Below, in pieces: positions 17,864-26,513 of a stretch of 38,661 bases of DNA. A model generated the notes under the pieces. That model was not told the origin of the DNA, ran no database searches, and worked only from the letters and a program-made list of their open reading frames with translations. The stretch spans positions 1 to 38,661 of the forward strand of contig JAUXDF010000002.1 in assembly GCA_030618505.1 (NCBI GenBank). The letters run 5' to 3'. The first letter of the stretch is position 1, and each line of letters starts with the position of its first letter. Source of the DNA: Spongiibacteraceae bacterium. GTDB taxonomy: Bacteria; Pseudomonadota; Gammaproteobacteria; Pseudomonadales; PIVM01. The translations under genes and the position numbers were made by a program.

Positions 17864-19443
17864 TATTGCGTCCCTTCATCCAGATTAAAACTATCCACCT
17901 GATGACACTGACTGCAGCGTTTTCCAAAACTGCCTCGATGTATATCATCATCACGGTGACAATCAAAGCAGGACTGAGGTGTCTGTTTCGAGTTGTTATG
18001 GCATAGCTCGCATTGCAGGTTTTCATGTGCACCTTGTAATGCGAAGTGCGTCTGTCGACCATGATCAAACAACCACATCATCCAGTCATTGGGGTTATGG
18101 CATAGACCACAATCCTCACCCAAAGCACCTTTGTGAGCATCTTGTTGCTTGTGGCACTGCTGACAATCAGAGGGTGTTTTTTCGTAATGAGCGTTTAGAT
18201 GGCACTCCTGGCAACTCAGTTGGCGATGCATACCCACGAGCGGAAATTGGGTAATTTCATGACTGAATAAAGTCTTTTTCCAACTATCGGGAGAGTGGCA
18301 GTTGTCACACTCCTTTCCCAAGGATTGCTGATGCGGGTCAGACAATTGATGACAATCAACACATTGCTGTGAAAGTTTTTCATCTGTTTTTGTCGGACTA
18401 TGACAAGAATTACAGGCAAGATGCTTATGTTTTCCGGCCAAGGGGTATTCAGTATCGCTATTATGATCAAAGGCTGTTTTTGACCAGCTTTTGGATGAGT
18501 GGCATTGCTGACAATCCTCGCCATTGCGACCGTTGTGAATATCGCTACTTTTGTGGCAACTGAAACAATCACTGGCAAGCATATTCTCTTTGCTGACAGT
18601 TTTCTGATGGCAGGCCAGGCAAGATGTTTTCTGATGCGAGAAAAGCAATTTAAATTTAGTGTCAAGACCATGATCAAACAGACTTTTCCCCCAGTCTTTT
18701 TCAGAATGACAATTTTTACAATCACTGCCAAACCTTCCCTGATGGATATCATGTATACGATGACAGTCATTACATTGCTTGCCAATATCCTGGTACTGAC
18801 GATTGATGTGGCAGCGATTACAGGCTACATCCTGGTGTTTATGCGCCAATGGAAACTCGGTTTTATCATGGTCAAACTGCTGCTTTTTCCAGTTGTCCGT
18901 TGTATGGCAGTCTTCACACTGTTTTCCCAGTTTATTGTTATGTATGTCATTTTTTTCATGGCAATCAAAGCAGCTTCGTTGCTCTAATCTGTAGCTCTTC
19001 TTATTAGTCGAGGTATGACAAAGAACACAGGCTGTAACGCTATGTTTGCCATCCAGCGGGAAGTTTGTAAGGTGGTGATTAAAACTGTCGGTATCCAGAT
19101 TAACAATATCGTACCCTCTGCCTTTATGATCGGTATGGCAGGTTTTACATTCGGCATTTTTAATATTTTTGTTTAAACCGTGAAAACCGGCGCTACGATC
19201 AAGATCTTCAGCGATCTTATCGTGACAGTCCAAACAGAGAGAGCTTTGCTCTGCTTTGGAAAAGTCCTGATGGCATTTGTCGCAGCTCGCAGCCTCCTCC
19301 TGGTGAGATTGCGTTAAATCGCCAGGACTGAGCAATATCTGTTTTAGCGTTTGGGCCTGGGAAAAAGGTGTGCTTAATAACAAGACAAAACAAAGCAACG
19401 ATAGGAAAATAACAATAGCAGATCGATTTCTTATCAAATTCAT
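17863..19443 (-). CDS. Secreted multihaem c-type cytochrome, 21 CxxCH
   Basis: Signal peptide ending SQAQ with no lipobox. 21 CxxCH motifs counted. Five tandem tri-haem units of 65-69 aa plus a partial sixth (two CxxCH), of the c7/c3-like paired-CxxCH type. The stop overlaps the next start (TAATG, 17861-17865). Confidence 0.9.
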   Translation of the reverse strand: MNLIRNRSAIVIFLSLLCFVLLLSTPFSQAQTLKQILLSPGDLTQSHQEEAASCDKCHQDFSKAEQSSLCLDCHDKIAEDLDRSAGFHGLNKNIKNAECKTCHTDHKGRGYDIVNLDTDSFNHHLTNFPLDGKHSVTACVLCHTSTNKKSYRLEQRSCFDCHEKNDIHNNKLGKQCEDCHTTDNWKKQQFDHDKTEFPLAHKHQDVACNRCHINRQYQDIGKQCNDCHRIHDIHQGRFGSDCKNCHSEKDWGKSLFDHGLDTKFKLLFSHQKTSCLACHQKTVSKENMLASDCFSCHKSSDIHNGRNGEDCQQCHSSKSWSKTAFDHNSDTEYPLAGKHKHLACNSCHSPTKTDEKLSQQCVDCHQLSDPHQQSLGKECDNCHSPDSWKKTLFSHEITQFPLVGMHRQLSCQECHLNAHYEKTPSDCQQCHKQQDAHKGALGEDCGLCHNPNDWMMWLFDHGRQTHFALQGAHENLQCELCHNNSKQTPQSCFDCHRDDDIHRGSFGKRCSQCHQVDSFNLDEGTQ

Positions 19444-19444
19444 A

Positions 19445-20296
19445 TCAATACATATGCACCACTACAATATGAACTGTTGCAGTAATAATCATCATAAAGA
19501 AAAATGGCAGATGTACGATATGCCAAATGGAGAACAGCCGATTGTAGAGTGAGAGGCCAATCATCGAACGCAAGGTTTTTAGTTCTTGCTCAAAATGTTC
19601 TGTCATCTCCGTGTAAAAAAATTGCTGTCCCCCAGCTGTTTGCACAGATGCGCCATTTAAACGCCTGAGCTCACTCAATAAACGGTGTGACAGCACATTG
19701 ACCCTGAAAACGGAACGCCAACTGTGAATCAGAGAGCTATTTTTATCAGCCACCAGATCCTCAATTTTTTGCAGATGCTGCAATAAAGCATCATCAATCA
19801 TCGCGTTTGAACTGAGTTGCTGCTTGAACTGGGCGTGCTGGGCTTGAAGTTGATCATAATTCAGTTTTTTACCGTAAAGTCCATTATGGGTGTGTCGGTA
19901 AATATAACGGCCAATCAAACCACTGAACGCCACTAACAGCATGGAGAACAATGCAACATTAGAGTTCATGGAGCCGAGACCAAAATTGCAATGAAAGAGA
20001 ATTAATGTGGGGCCCAAAATACCAAATAGCATATGGGCCTTAAACCAGTATTTAATCGGGAAAACACCACGCATCCAACGCGCTTTTTTTCGTAGCGGGT
20101 AAAGCAGCAATAAGGCCATTAAACTCACGCCGATAATACCCAGGTAATAACCCAAACCTTGTTCCGCACTAAGCCAATATTCATCACGTTGCAGCCAGCC
20201 CCAGCTTAATGCAAGCGCCAAACTGACCGAAAAAAGTAATTGGTAAATGTTTTTAGTTAATATTTCGAACATCGTTATAACCGGTGCTTCTATCAC
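19445..20296 (-). CDS. Integral membrane protein with two H-x13-H helices (putative di-haem b-type electron carrier)
   Basis: Five predicted TM helices. H88/H102 lie in one helix and H262/H276 in the last. About 100 aa of soluble helical insert between TM4 and TM5. GTG start at 20296, alternative ATG at 20272. The stop is 1 nt from the cytochrome start. Confidence 0.6.
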   Translation of the reverse strand: MIEAPVITMFEILTKNIYQLLFSVSLALALSWGWLQRDEYWLSAEQGLGYYLGIIGVSLMALLLLYPLRKKARWMRGVFPIKYWFKAHMLFGILGPTLILFHCNFGLGSMNSNVALFSMLLVAFSGLIGRYIYRHTHNGLYGKKLNYDQLQAQHAQFKQQLSSNAMIDDALLQHLQKIEDLVADKNSSLIHSWRSVFRVNVLSHRLLSELRRLNGASVQTAGGQQFFYTEMTEHFEQELKTLRSMIGLSLYNRLFSIWHIVHLPFFFMMIITATVHIVVVHMY

Positions 20297-20554
20297 ATGC
20301 GAAATATACGAATAAGATCTTTTAAAACCACCACTCGCAAGTGAATTGTATCAATTAAAGATTAAGATAAACTTAAGCATAGCCTGTTTTCCCTTCACAC
20401 TGTCGGGCAGATCTCACATTACGCAGAGAAGCTCTATGTTTTGGTGACCGGTGTTCTAAAATTTATACCCGGCAGTAGCCTTGTTTATCTCGCATGCTAA
20501 AGTGTTAATAACAATCGATTTCTTATAACGACCAGAAAACAGATAGGTAGATTG

Positions 20555-21868
20555 ATGGGCAGTAGCGCAGCAACAATGATTTATATCGTACCGATGATAT
20601 TGATTATTTCGATCTATCTGTTCCGGCAACACAAACATCACCAAAGCAGCATTAGCGTTAAACAGGCCGCCACCAGTAGTGGCTTGACCGAACCCGCATC
20701 ACTTCACCCGCTGATAGACCCCGAGCGCTGCATAGGCTGCGGCTCCTGTGTGGATGCCTGTCCCGAAAAACAAGTACTCGGTCTCATTAACAACAAAGCT
20801 GAACTGATCGCCCCGGCCAACTGCATTGGCCACGGTGCCTGTAAGCTCGCTTGCCCAGAGGCTGCTATTTCCTTGGTATTTGGCACCGAACAACGTGGAG
20901 TTGATATTCCTGAACTATCAAAAGATTTTCAAACCAGCGTAAAAGGCGTTTACATCGCTGGTGAATTAGGCGGTATGGGGTTAATTCGCAATGCCATTGA
21001 GCAAGGTCGCCAGGCAATTGAGTCGATTAAGAAACAGGAATTAAAGGCGACTGCAGGTAATAATGAGGTGCTTGATGTATTAATCGTTGGTGCTGGACCC
21101 GCCGGCATCTCGGCATCGCTTTGTGCGCTGGAAAACAAGATGACATTTTGCACCATCGAACAGGACAGTCTAGGCGGGACAGTGTCACATTATCCACGTG
21201 GAAAGCTGGTGATGACGGCCCCGGCCAAACTGCCGCTAGTGGGAAAAATGAATTTCTCAGAAGTGAGCAAAGAGAAGTTAATCGAATTTTGGCAGGGTGT
21301 AGAGCAGCAATATCCCCTTGCCATCCACTACCAGGAGCGCCTGGAAGATATTAGCAAGCAAGGCGAGCTGCTGGATATTCAGACTAGCAAAGGCTGCTAT
21401 CGTGCTCGTAGTGTTTTATTGGCCATTGGCCGAAGGGGAACACCGAGAAAGTTAGGGGTGCCGGGTGAGGGCCTGGAGAAAGTCGTCTATCGTATGATTG
21501 ATCCTGAGCAGTATAGAGAGAAGCATGTCTTAGTGGTCGGTGGCGGTGATAGTGCTCTGGAGGCCGCTCATGAGATAGCCAAACAAACTGGAGGGCATGT
21601 TGTTCTATCCTATCGTGGCGCTAGCTTTAGTCGTGCAAAGGAGAAAAATCGACAGAAGATAGAGGCCGCCGAGCGCTCAGGAACATTAACAGTCCATTTA
21701 GAATCTAACGTGAAGAATATAGATGAAAAGCAGGTGGTTATTGAAACCTCTAGCGGTTTTGAAACCATAGAAAACGATGCGATTATTGTCTGCGCTGGCG
21801 GTGTACTACCAACGCCGATGCTAAAGAAAATCGGTATCGGCATTGTGACCAAATATGGTGAGGTTTAA
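20555..21868 (+). CDS. Membrane-anchored 2x[4Fe-4S] ferredoxin-domain / FAD- and NAD(P)-binding oxidoreductase (thioredoxin-reductase-like fold, no redox CxxC)
   Basis: N-terminal TM helix IYIVPMILIISIYLF. CIGCGSCVDACP and CIGHGACKLACP. GxGxxG motif VLIVGAGPAGISA. Second dinucleotide site VLVVGGGDSALEAA. Confidence 0.8.
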   Translation: MGSSAATMIYIVPMILIISIYLFRQHKHHQSSISVKQAATSSGLTEPASLHPLIDPERCIGCGSCVDACPEKQVLGLINNKAELIAPANCIGHGACKLACPEAAISLVFGTEQRGVDIPELSKDFQTSVKGVYIAGELGGMGLIRNAIEQGRQAIESIKKQELKATAGNNEVLDVLIVGAGPAGISASLCALENKMTFCTIEQDSLGGTVSHYPRGKLVMTAPAKLPLVGKMNFSEVSKEKLIEFWQGVEQQYPLAIHYQERLEDISKQGELLDIQTSKGCYRARSVLLAIGRRGTPRKLGVPGEGLEKVVYRMIDPEQYREKHVLVVGGGDSALEAAHEIAKQTGGHVVLSYRGASFSRAKEKNRQKIEAAERSGTLTVHLESNVKNIDEKQVVIETSSGFETIENDAIIVCAGGVLPTPMLKKIGIGIVTKYGEV

Positions 21869-21870
21869 TT

Positions 21871-23880
21871 TTGGTGGATAAGCGCACTACATATATCCAA
21901 TGTTTTACCGCACTGGGAGGCTACAGGAAGGTATGCGTTCATTTTCTCTGGGCTCTATTGATACTGATCGGTCTAACAACTCCCTGTACAGGAGCAGAAA
22001 ATAAAACTGTACTGGCGCCACACATTAAGCGCTTAATACTTACTGAACAGTATCAACAACTTGAACCTGAACTACGCAAGTTAGCTATGCAAGGTAACGC
22101 TGAAGGACAGTATCAACTGGGGATACTTTATCTCCACGGTAATGCGGTAAAGGAAAACCATCAAATGGCGCTTTACTGGTTTGAAAAGTCGGCCAGACAG
22201 CATCATACAAAAGCACAATTTAACAGTGCCATGCTGTTAGTAGGCGAAAAAAGAAACCGGCAAAAGGCCATTATTTATTTACAATCGGCTGCCGCTAGCG
22301 ACCACAAAATGGCTGAAATGCACCTAAAAGATTTGACTCAGGGCTCTGAAAAAAATAAAGAGATGGACCAGTCAACACTCAATAGCCGCTTGATTTATGC
22401 AGCAAAAAAAGGCGATAGCGAGGAGATAAGTTCATGGATAAATGCCGGTGCCGATCCCAACAGCACCGACAGCGACGGCAGGACAGCACTGATACTCGCT
22501 GTGGAAAATGGCAATATTGCCGCCCCAACGGTATTGCTCAATGCTGGTGCGAATATGCTAGTGACAGATCCCACGGGAAATACAGCCCTTCATTTCGCCG
22601 TTATTACGCATAATCGTAAAATAGTAAAACCTCTTGCTGCAAGCGGCAATTTGGAACAAAAAAACCAACAGGGACTGACTGCTCTTCTATTAGCCATTGA
22701 GTTAAACGATGCCAATTTGGTGGCTGAATTGCTATTGCATGGTTCCAATGCCAATGCGGTAAACAGCAATAGCGCAAGTGCCCTGGATAATGCACAAAGG
22801 AAATCGAATAAAACGATTATTGATTTACTTAAACAATACGGAGCCAGATCAGCCACAACGGAAAAAAAGGAGTTGACCCGTCGCTTGGCCGCCATTCAAG
22901 CACAGCTAAAACAGCCACAATTTAAAGACTGGGATGAGTTAATGCTAGCAGCCAGCATGGGTGATTATGAAATGGTTGACTGGTTACTAATAGAGGATTC
23001 ACCGGATAAAAACAGTTATAAGACTGGCAAAGCAATCGCTCAGTCAGTTATCTCAAACGACAAAAAGACCACTGAGCTATTGTTAAATCATTTGCAAGAA
23101 AAAAGTATCGCTAATGCCGATATTCGAGAGATTATTGATCTTGCCATTGAGCATTATGACCTGGGGCGGTTTTCTCATTTGTATCAACATCCTTTATTGC
23201 ATGAGGCAAAAAACCTGTCCGCCGGAAAACTGTTAAGACAGTCGATTACTGAGGGGAAGCCAGACACTGCAATCTATCTTATTCAGCAAGGCGGCAAACT
23301 TAACTATGTATCAGAAAATGGTGAATCACATTTAATAACTGCATCAAAAAGAGGCCAGACCGCTGTGATCGAAAAGCTTTTAGCCACCGGTGTCGCGGTT
23401 GATGATAAAGATCAGCTAGGAAGAACTGCGCTATGGCACAGCGCTTATGCGGGGCATCACCAAACGGCTAAATTGCTAATCTCTAACGGTGCTGACCTTG
23501 ATCTAAGCGATCAGCAAGGACGGACAGTTTTGATGATGGCAGTGCTCAACAATGACGACAAATTAGTAGACCTACTGCTGCGCTCAGGCGCTAGCCTGGA
23601 TAAAGTTAGCAAGAGTGGAAATACGCCGTTACATATCGCAGCTAAAAAAACCTCTCCCCAAATCATCACCCTCCTGTTAGAAAAGAAGGCTAATTTATCA
23701 CTTCGTAACAGCAACAGCCTGACGCCATTAATGATCGCTGCACAAGCAGGTAATGAGCCGGCAGTGAAGCTATTATTGATTGCAGGTGCTGACCCAGACA
23801 GAAAAAATCAGAATGGTCACTCAGCCATCGACATAGCAAACAAGCAGAAAGTAGTTACTCTATTGAAAGAATACCAGTAG
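21871..23880 (+). CDS. Secreted Sel1-like repeat + ankyrin-repeat protein
   Basis: TTG/GTG start 7-10 nt after GGTGAGG. Hydrophobic signal-like segment FLWALLILIGLTTPCTGA. Sel1 repeats (GNAEGQYQLGILYLHG, ALYWFEKSA). At least 8 ankyrin repeats (e.g. GRTALILAVENGN, GNTALHFAV, GNTPLHIAAKK). Confidence 0.8.
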   Translation: MVDKRTTYIQCFTALGGYRKVCVHFLWALLILIGLTTPCTGAENKTVLAPHIKRLILTEQYQQLEPELRKLAMQGNAEGQYQLGILYLHGNAVKENHQMALYWFEKSARQHHTKAQFNSAMLLVGEKRNRQKAIIYLQSAAASDHKMAEMHLKDLTQGSEKNKEMDQSTLNSRLIYAAKKGDSEEISSWINAGADPNSTDSDGRTALILAVENGNIAAPTVLLNAGANMLVTDPTGNTALHFAVITHNRKIVKPLAASGNLEQKNQQGLTALLLAIELNDANLVAELLLHGSNANAVNSNSASALDNAQRKSNKTIIDLLKQYGARSATTEKKELTRRLAAIQAQLKQPQFKDWDELMLAASMGDYEMVDWLLIEDSPDKNSYKTGKAIAQSVISNDKKTTELLLNHLQEKSIANADIREIIDLAIEHYDLGRFSHLYQHPLLHEAKNLSAGKLLRQSITEGKPDTAIYLIQQGGKLNYVSENGESHLITASKRGQTAVIEKLLATGVAVDDKDQLGRTALWHSAYAGHHQTAKLLISNGADLDLSDQQGRTVLMMAVLNNDDKLVDLLLRSGASLDKVSKSGNTPLHIAAKKTSPQIITLLLEKKANLSLRNSNSLTPLMIAAQAGNEPAVKLLLIAGADPDRKNQNGHSAIDIANKQKVVTLLKEYQ

Positions 23881-24096
23881 CTTTATTTGAGGGGAAATTA
23901 CAGTAATTTTTCTTGGCATAGCAAACTCCTTTTGCGTTAAGCCTGTGTTATTTTTAAACTTTTAATTGTAAAATTATCGTTACGCCCCGCTCATTCATCC
24001 CTTTAATTCACAGCCAGCTCTTTAATAGAACATTGGACACTAACGCACAAGATCTAAATAACGACCAACGCGTTCACATCAAAATGCGAAAATACT

Positions 24097-25959
24097 CTAT
24101 ACCTTAAATGAGCCCATTAAACCTTCCAGCTCAGTAGACAAGTGTTCCAGATCGCCAGCAGCAGACATCAAACTCGTCATCGTCGTTGAGCTACTGTCCG
24201 CCAGGCTATAGATATTGGATATGCTCTTATTAATATCAGCTGTCACGAGCGATTGCTCTTCAGATGCACTAGCGACCTGAAAATTAAGACTCGTGATAGC
24301 TTTCACACCCTCGTTAATACTACTTAATGCTTCGGTTCCCTTTGACGCTTCATCCACACCTTCTTGTGCTTTTGCACTGCAATTGTCCATTGACTTAACC
24401 GCAGAGCTTGCACGCCCCTGAAGCGTTTCAATCATAGACTGAATCTCCTCTGTCGACTCCTGGGTGCGCGCAGCCAGCGCTCTCACCTCATCAGCAACAA
24501 CAGCGAAGCCTCGACCTTGCTCTCCTGCACGAGCCGCCTCAATCGCAGCGTTAAGTGCAAGCAAATTAGTTTGTTCGGCGATACCACGAATAACATCCAG
24601 TATTGTCCCAATATTTTCGCTATCCTCTTTAAGCTCAGTAATAACAACGGTTGTCTGCTGCATAGAAGACATTAGTGCATTAATAGTGCTGCGTGTATTG
24701 GTAACAATTTGCATGCCACTTTCCGTATCGTTTTCAGCAGACTGGACAGTGTCTGTGGCTTGAACAGCAGACTGGGCTATTTCCCTGGATGATGTTTCCA
24801 TTTGAGCAATGGCATCGGCAACCTGAGTCAACTCACCTTTCTGTGACTCTACACCTTGTTGCGTTTGTCCACTCAACTGCAACAAGTTATGGGATGCTCT
24901 AGAAACCTCAGCCGAGGATTCACCAATACGGGTAAGCAGACCATGAATAGACTCTTGCATTACCCGCATGGCTTCCTGCAGCTGACCAATCTCATCGCCA
25001 TTGCCTTTAGGAATCGCTTGAGTCAAATCCCCGCTGGCAATATTCGATAGTTGATTAGCGCAATCCTGCAAGGGTAAAAGTTTTTTCCTTAGATAAAACG
25101 GTATAACAAGAGCAAAAATGATGACGACCGAACCCGTAACAAGATAGGACGTCAATTTCAATTGCTGTTGAGTAGCGTAGCTTTCAGATATATCGCTTGC
25201 GGTAATCAGATGTGAAATCACCGACCCATCGCTTGATTTAATGGCAGTATTGCTTACGCTGTAAGTCATATCTTTTAGCATCATGTAACTTAACGCAGGA
25301 GACTGTATTGACAAGCCCGCTACCGACAATGACTCGAGCAAGGCCTGATCAGTGGCATACTCAATGCCATTTTTGCTCAAAACAGCTATATCCGCTCCGT
25401 CACTTAACTTAAAATCAGTCAAAACACTATCAAGCTCCAAGGCATAGATCCCAACTCCAACGGGCTTTCCTCGGCTATGCAAAGGAAATGCAATCGCTGC
25501 TACGAGTTTGCCGTCATAATCACGCGCAATTCCACGTTTTATTTTTCCATCGACGAGCGCGCTTTTTGCCAGTTTAAATGACGTTAAGCCTGAGTAGGAG
25601 GAAGGTGCTGAATAAAGCACTGCTCCCCCCAGGTTAACCAGTTGAATTCGATCTAAAATATTTGAACTACTCAATAGATTAAATGTGGTTTTAGCAGCAT
25701 CAGCAAGGGTGACTTTATCCCCAGATTGTAGCGCTTTACGTGTCACTCGGTCTCTTACCAGAGTTGACGTATTGGCTTCCATGCGCTCAAATTGAGCCGA
25801 TAGGGTTTTTTCCCATAATACAGACTTCCCCCTACTGACAGCATCTGCAAACCTACCCTCAACTTGTTGCATCAACAAATACTGCGAACCCAGCAAAATA
25901 CTAACCAGCAACAACGTACTGCCGAGAATAGCGATCGCGATCCGAGTTCGTAGCATCAT
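24097..25959 (-). CDS. Methyl-accepting chemotaxis protein with a ~250-aa periplasmic (Cache-like) sensor domain
   Basis: Two TM segments, a HAMP region, and the highly conserved signalling hairpin [35 protein letters not shown]. Confidence 0.9.
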   Translation of the reverse strand: MMLRTRIAIAILGSTLLLVSILLGSQYLLMQQVEGRFADAVSRGKSVLWEKTLSAQFERMEANTSTLVRDRVTRKALQSGDKVTLADAAKTTFNLLSSSNILDRIQLVNLGGAVLYSAPSSYSGLTSFKLAKSALVDGKIKRGIARDYDGKLVAAIAFPLHSRGKPVGVGIYALELDSVLTDFKLSDGADIAVLSKNGIEYATDQALLESLSVAGLSIQSPALSYMMLKDMTYSVSNTAIKSSDGSVISHLITASDISESYATQQQLKLTSYLVTGSVVIIFALVIPFYLRKKLLPLQDCANQLSNIASGDLTQAIPKGNGDEIGQLQEAMRVMQESIHGLLTRIGESSAEVSRASHNLLQLSGQTQQGVESQKGELTQVADAIAQMETSSREIAQSAVQATDTVQSAENDTESGMQIVTNTRSTINALMSSMQQTTVVITELKEDSENIGTILDVIRGIAEQTNLLALNAAIEAARAGEQGRGFAVVADEVRALAARTQESTEEIQSMIETLQGRASSAVKSMDNCSAKAQEGVDEASKGTEALSSINEGVKAITSLNFQVASASEEQSLVTADINKSISNIYSLADSSSTTMTSLMSAAGDLEHLSTELEGLMGSFKV

Positions 25960-25981
25960 ATCTTTCTCAATTAATTATCAT

Positions 25982-26398
25982 TTATTCAACAGGGTAAGAG
26001 GCTGCCTTCCAGGCAGGAAAACCATCGCGATAATAATAGACCTTTGAGAACCCCCAACTAACAGCCTGCGCAGTAGCCTTGGAACTTCTCATACAACTCT
26101 CGCCATTACAGTACAATACAAACCTCTCATCTTTTTTGACTTCAGCACTAAGAGAGCTTTCGCTAAAGATCTTCTTTAATTCAATGTGAATGGCATCTGG
26201 CACGCGTCCTGCCTCCCAATCCTTATCCTTTCTCACATCCACAAAAGCAACACCCTCATCGAAAAGCGCTTTCGCCTGAGAGGTATCAACCGTCGTGGCT
26301 CCCTCTATACTCTTTGGTGACTTTTCATCTCCCGCCCATGCGGCGCAAGCGAACAACAGACCTGCAAATGCCAAAAAAATTCGTGATTCTATTTTCAT
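25982..26398 (-). CDS. Periplasmic single-domain rhodanese (PspE-like sulfurtransferase)
   Basis: Signal peptide ending AWAG. Active-site loop LYCNGESCMRS. 138 aa. Confidence 0.8.
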   Translation of the reverse strand: MKIESRIFLAFAGLLFACAAWAGDEKSPKSIEGATTVDTSQAKALFDEGVAFVDVRKDKDWEAGRVPDAIHIELKKIFSESSLSAEVKKDERFVLYCNGESCMRSSKATAQAVSWGFSKVYYYRDGFPAWKAASYPVE

Positions 26399-26513
26399 CT
26401 TTTTTACCTTTAAATTCTGATAATAATGATTTTCTTTTACAGTATAGATAACATCCAGGTTTTATGTACTCAATTTGAAGCCTACTATTAACACTGAGTC
26501 GCCGGATTGAAGC

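Noticed and set aside
18216-18987. 189-aa (minus) and 162-aa (plus) ORFs overlapping the 526-aa cytochrome gene
   Set aside because: These are frame shadows of a confidently coding gene. Their products are low-complexity with no motifs.
20344-20356. AATTG-N3-CAATT palindrome in the divergent cytochrome/flavoprotein control region, considered as an FNR/CRP site
   Set aside because: It does not fit TTGAT-N4-ATCAA or TGTGA-N6-TCACA. It is too short and AT-rich to call.
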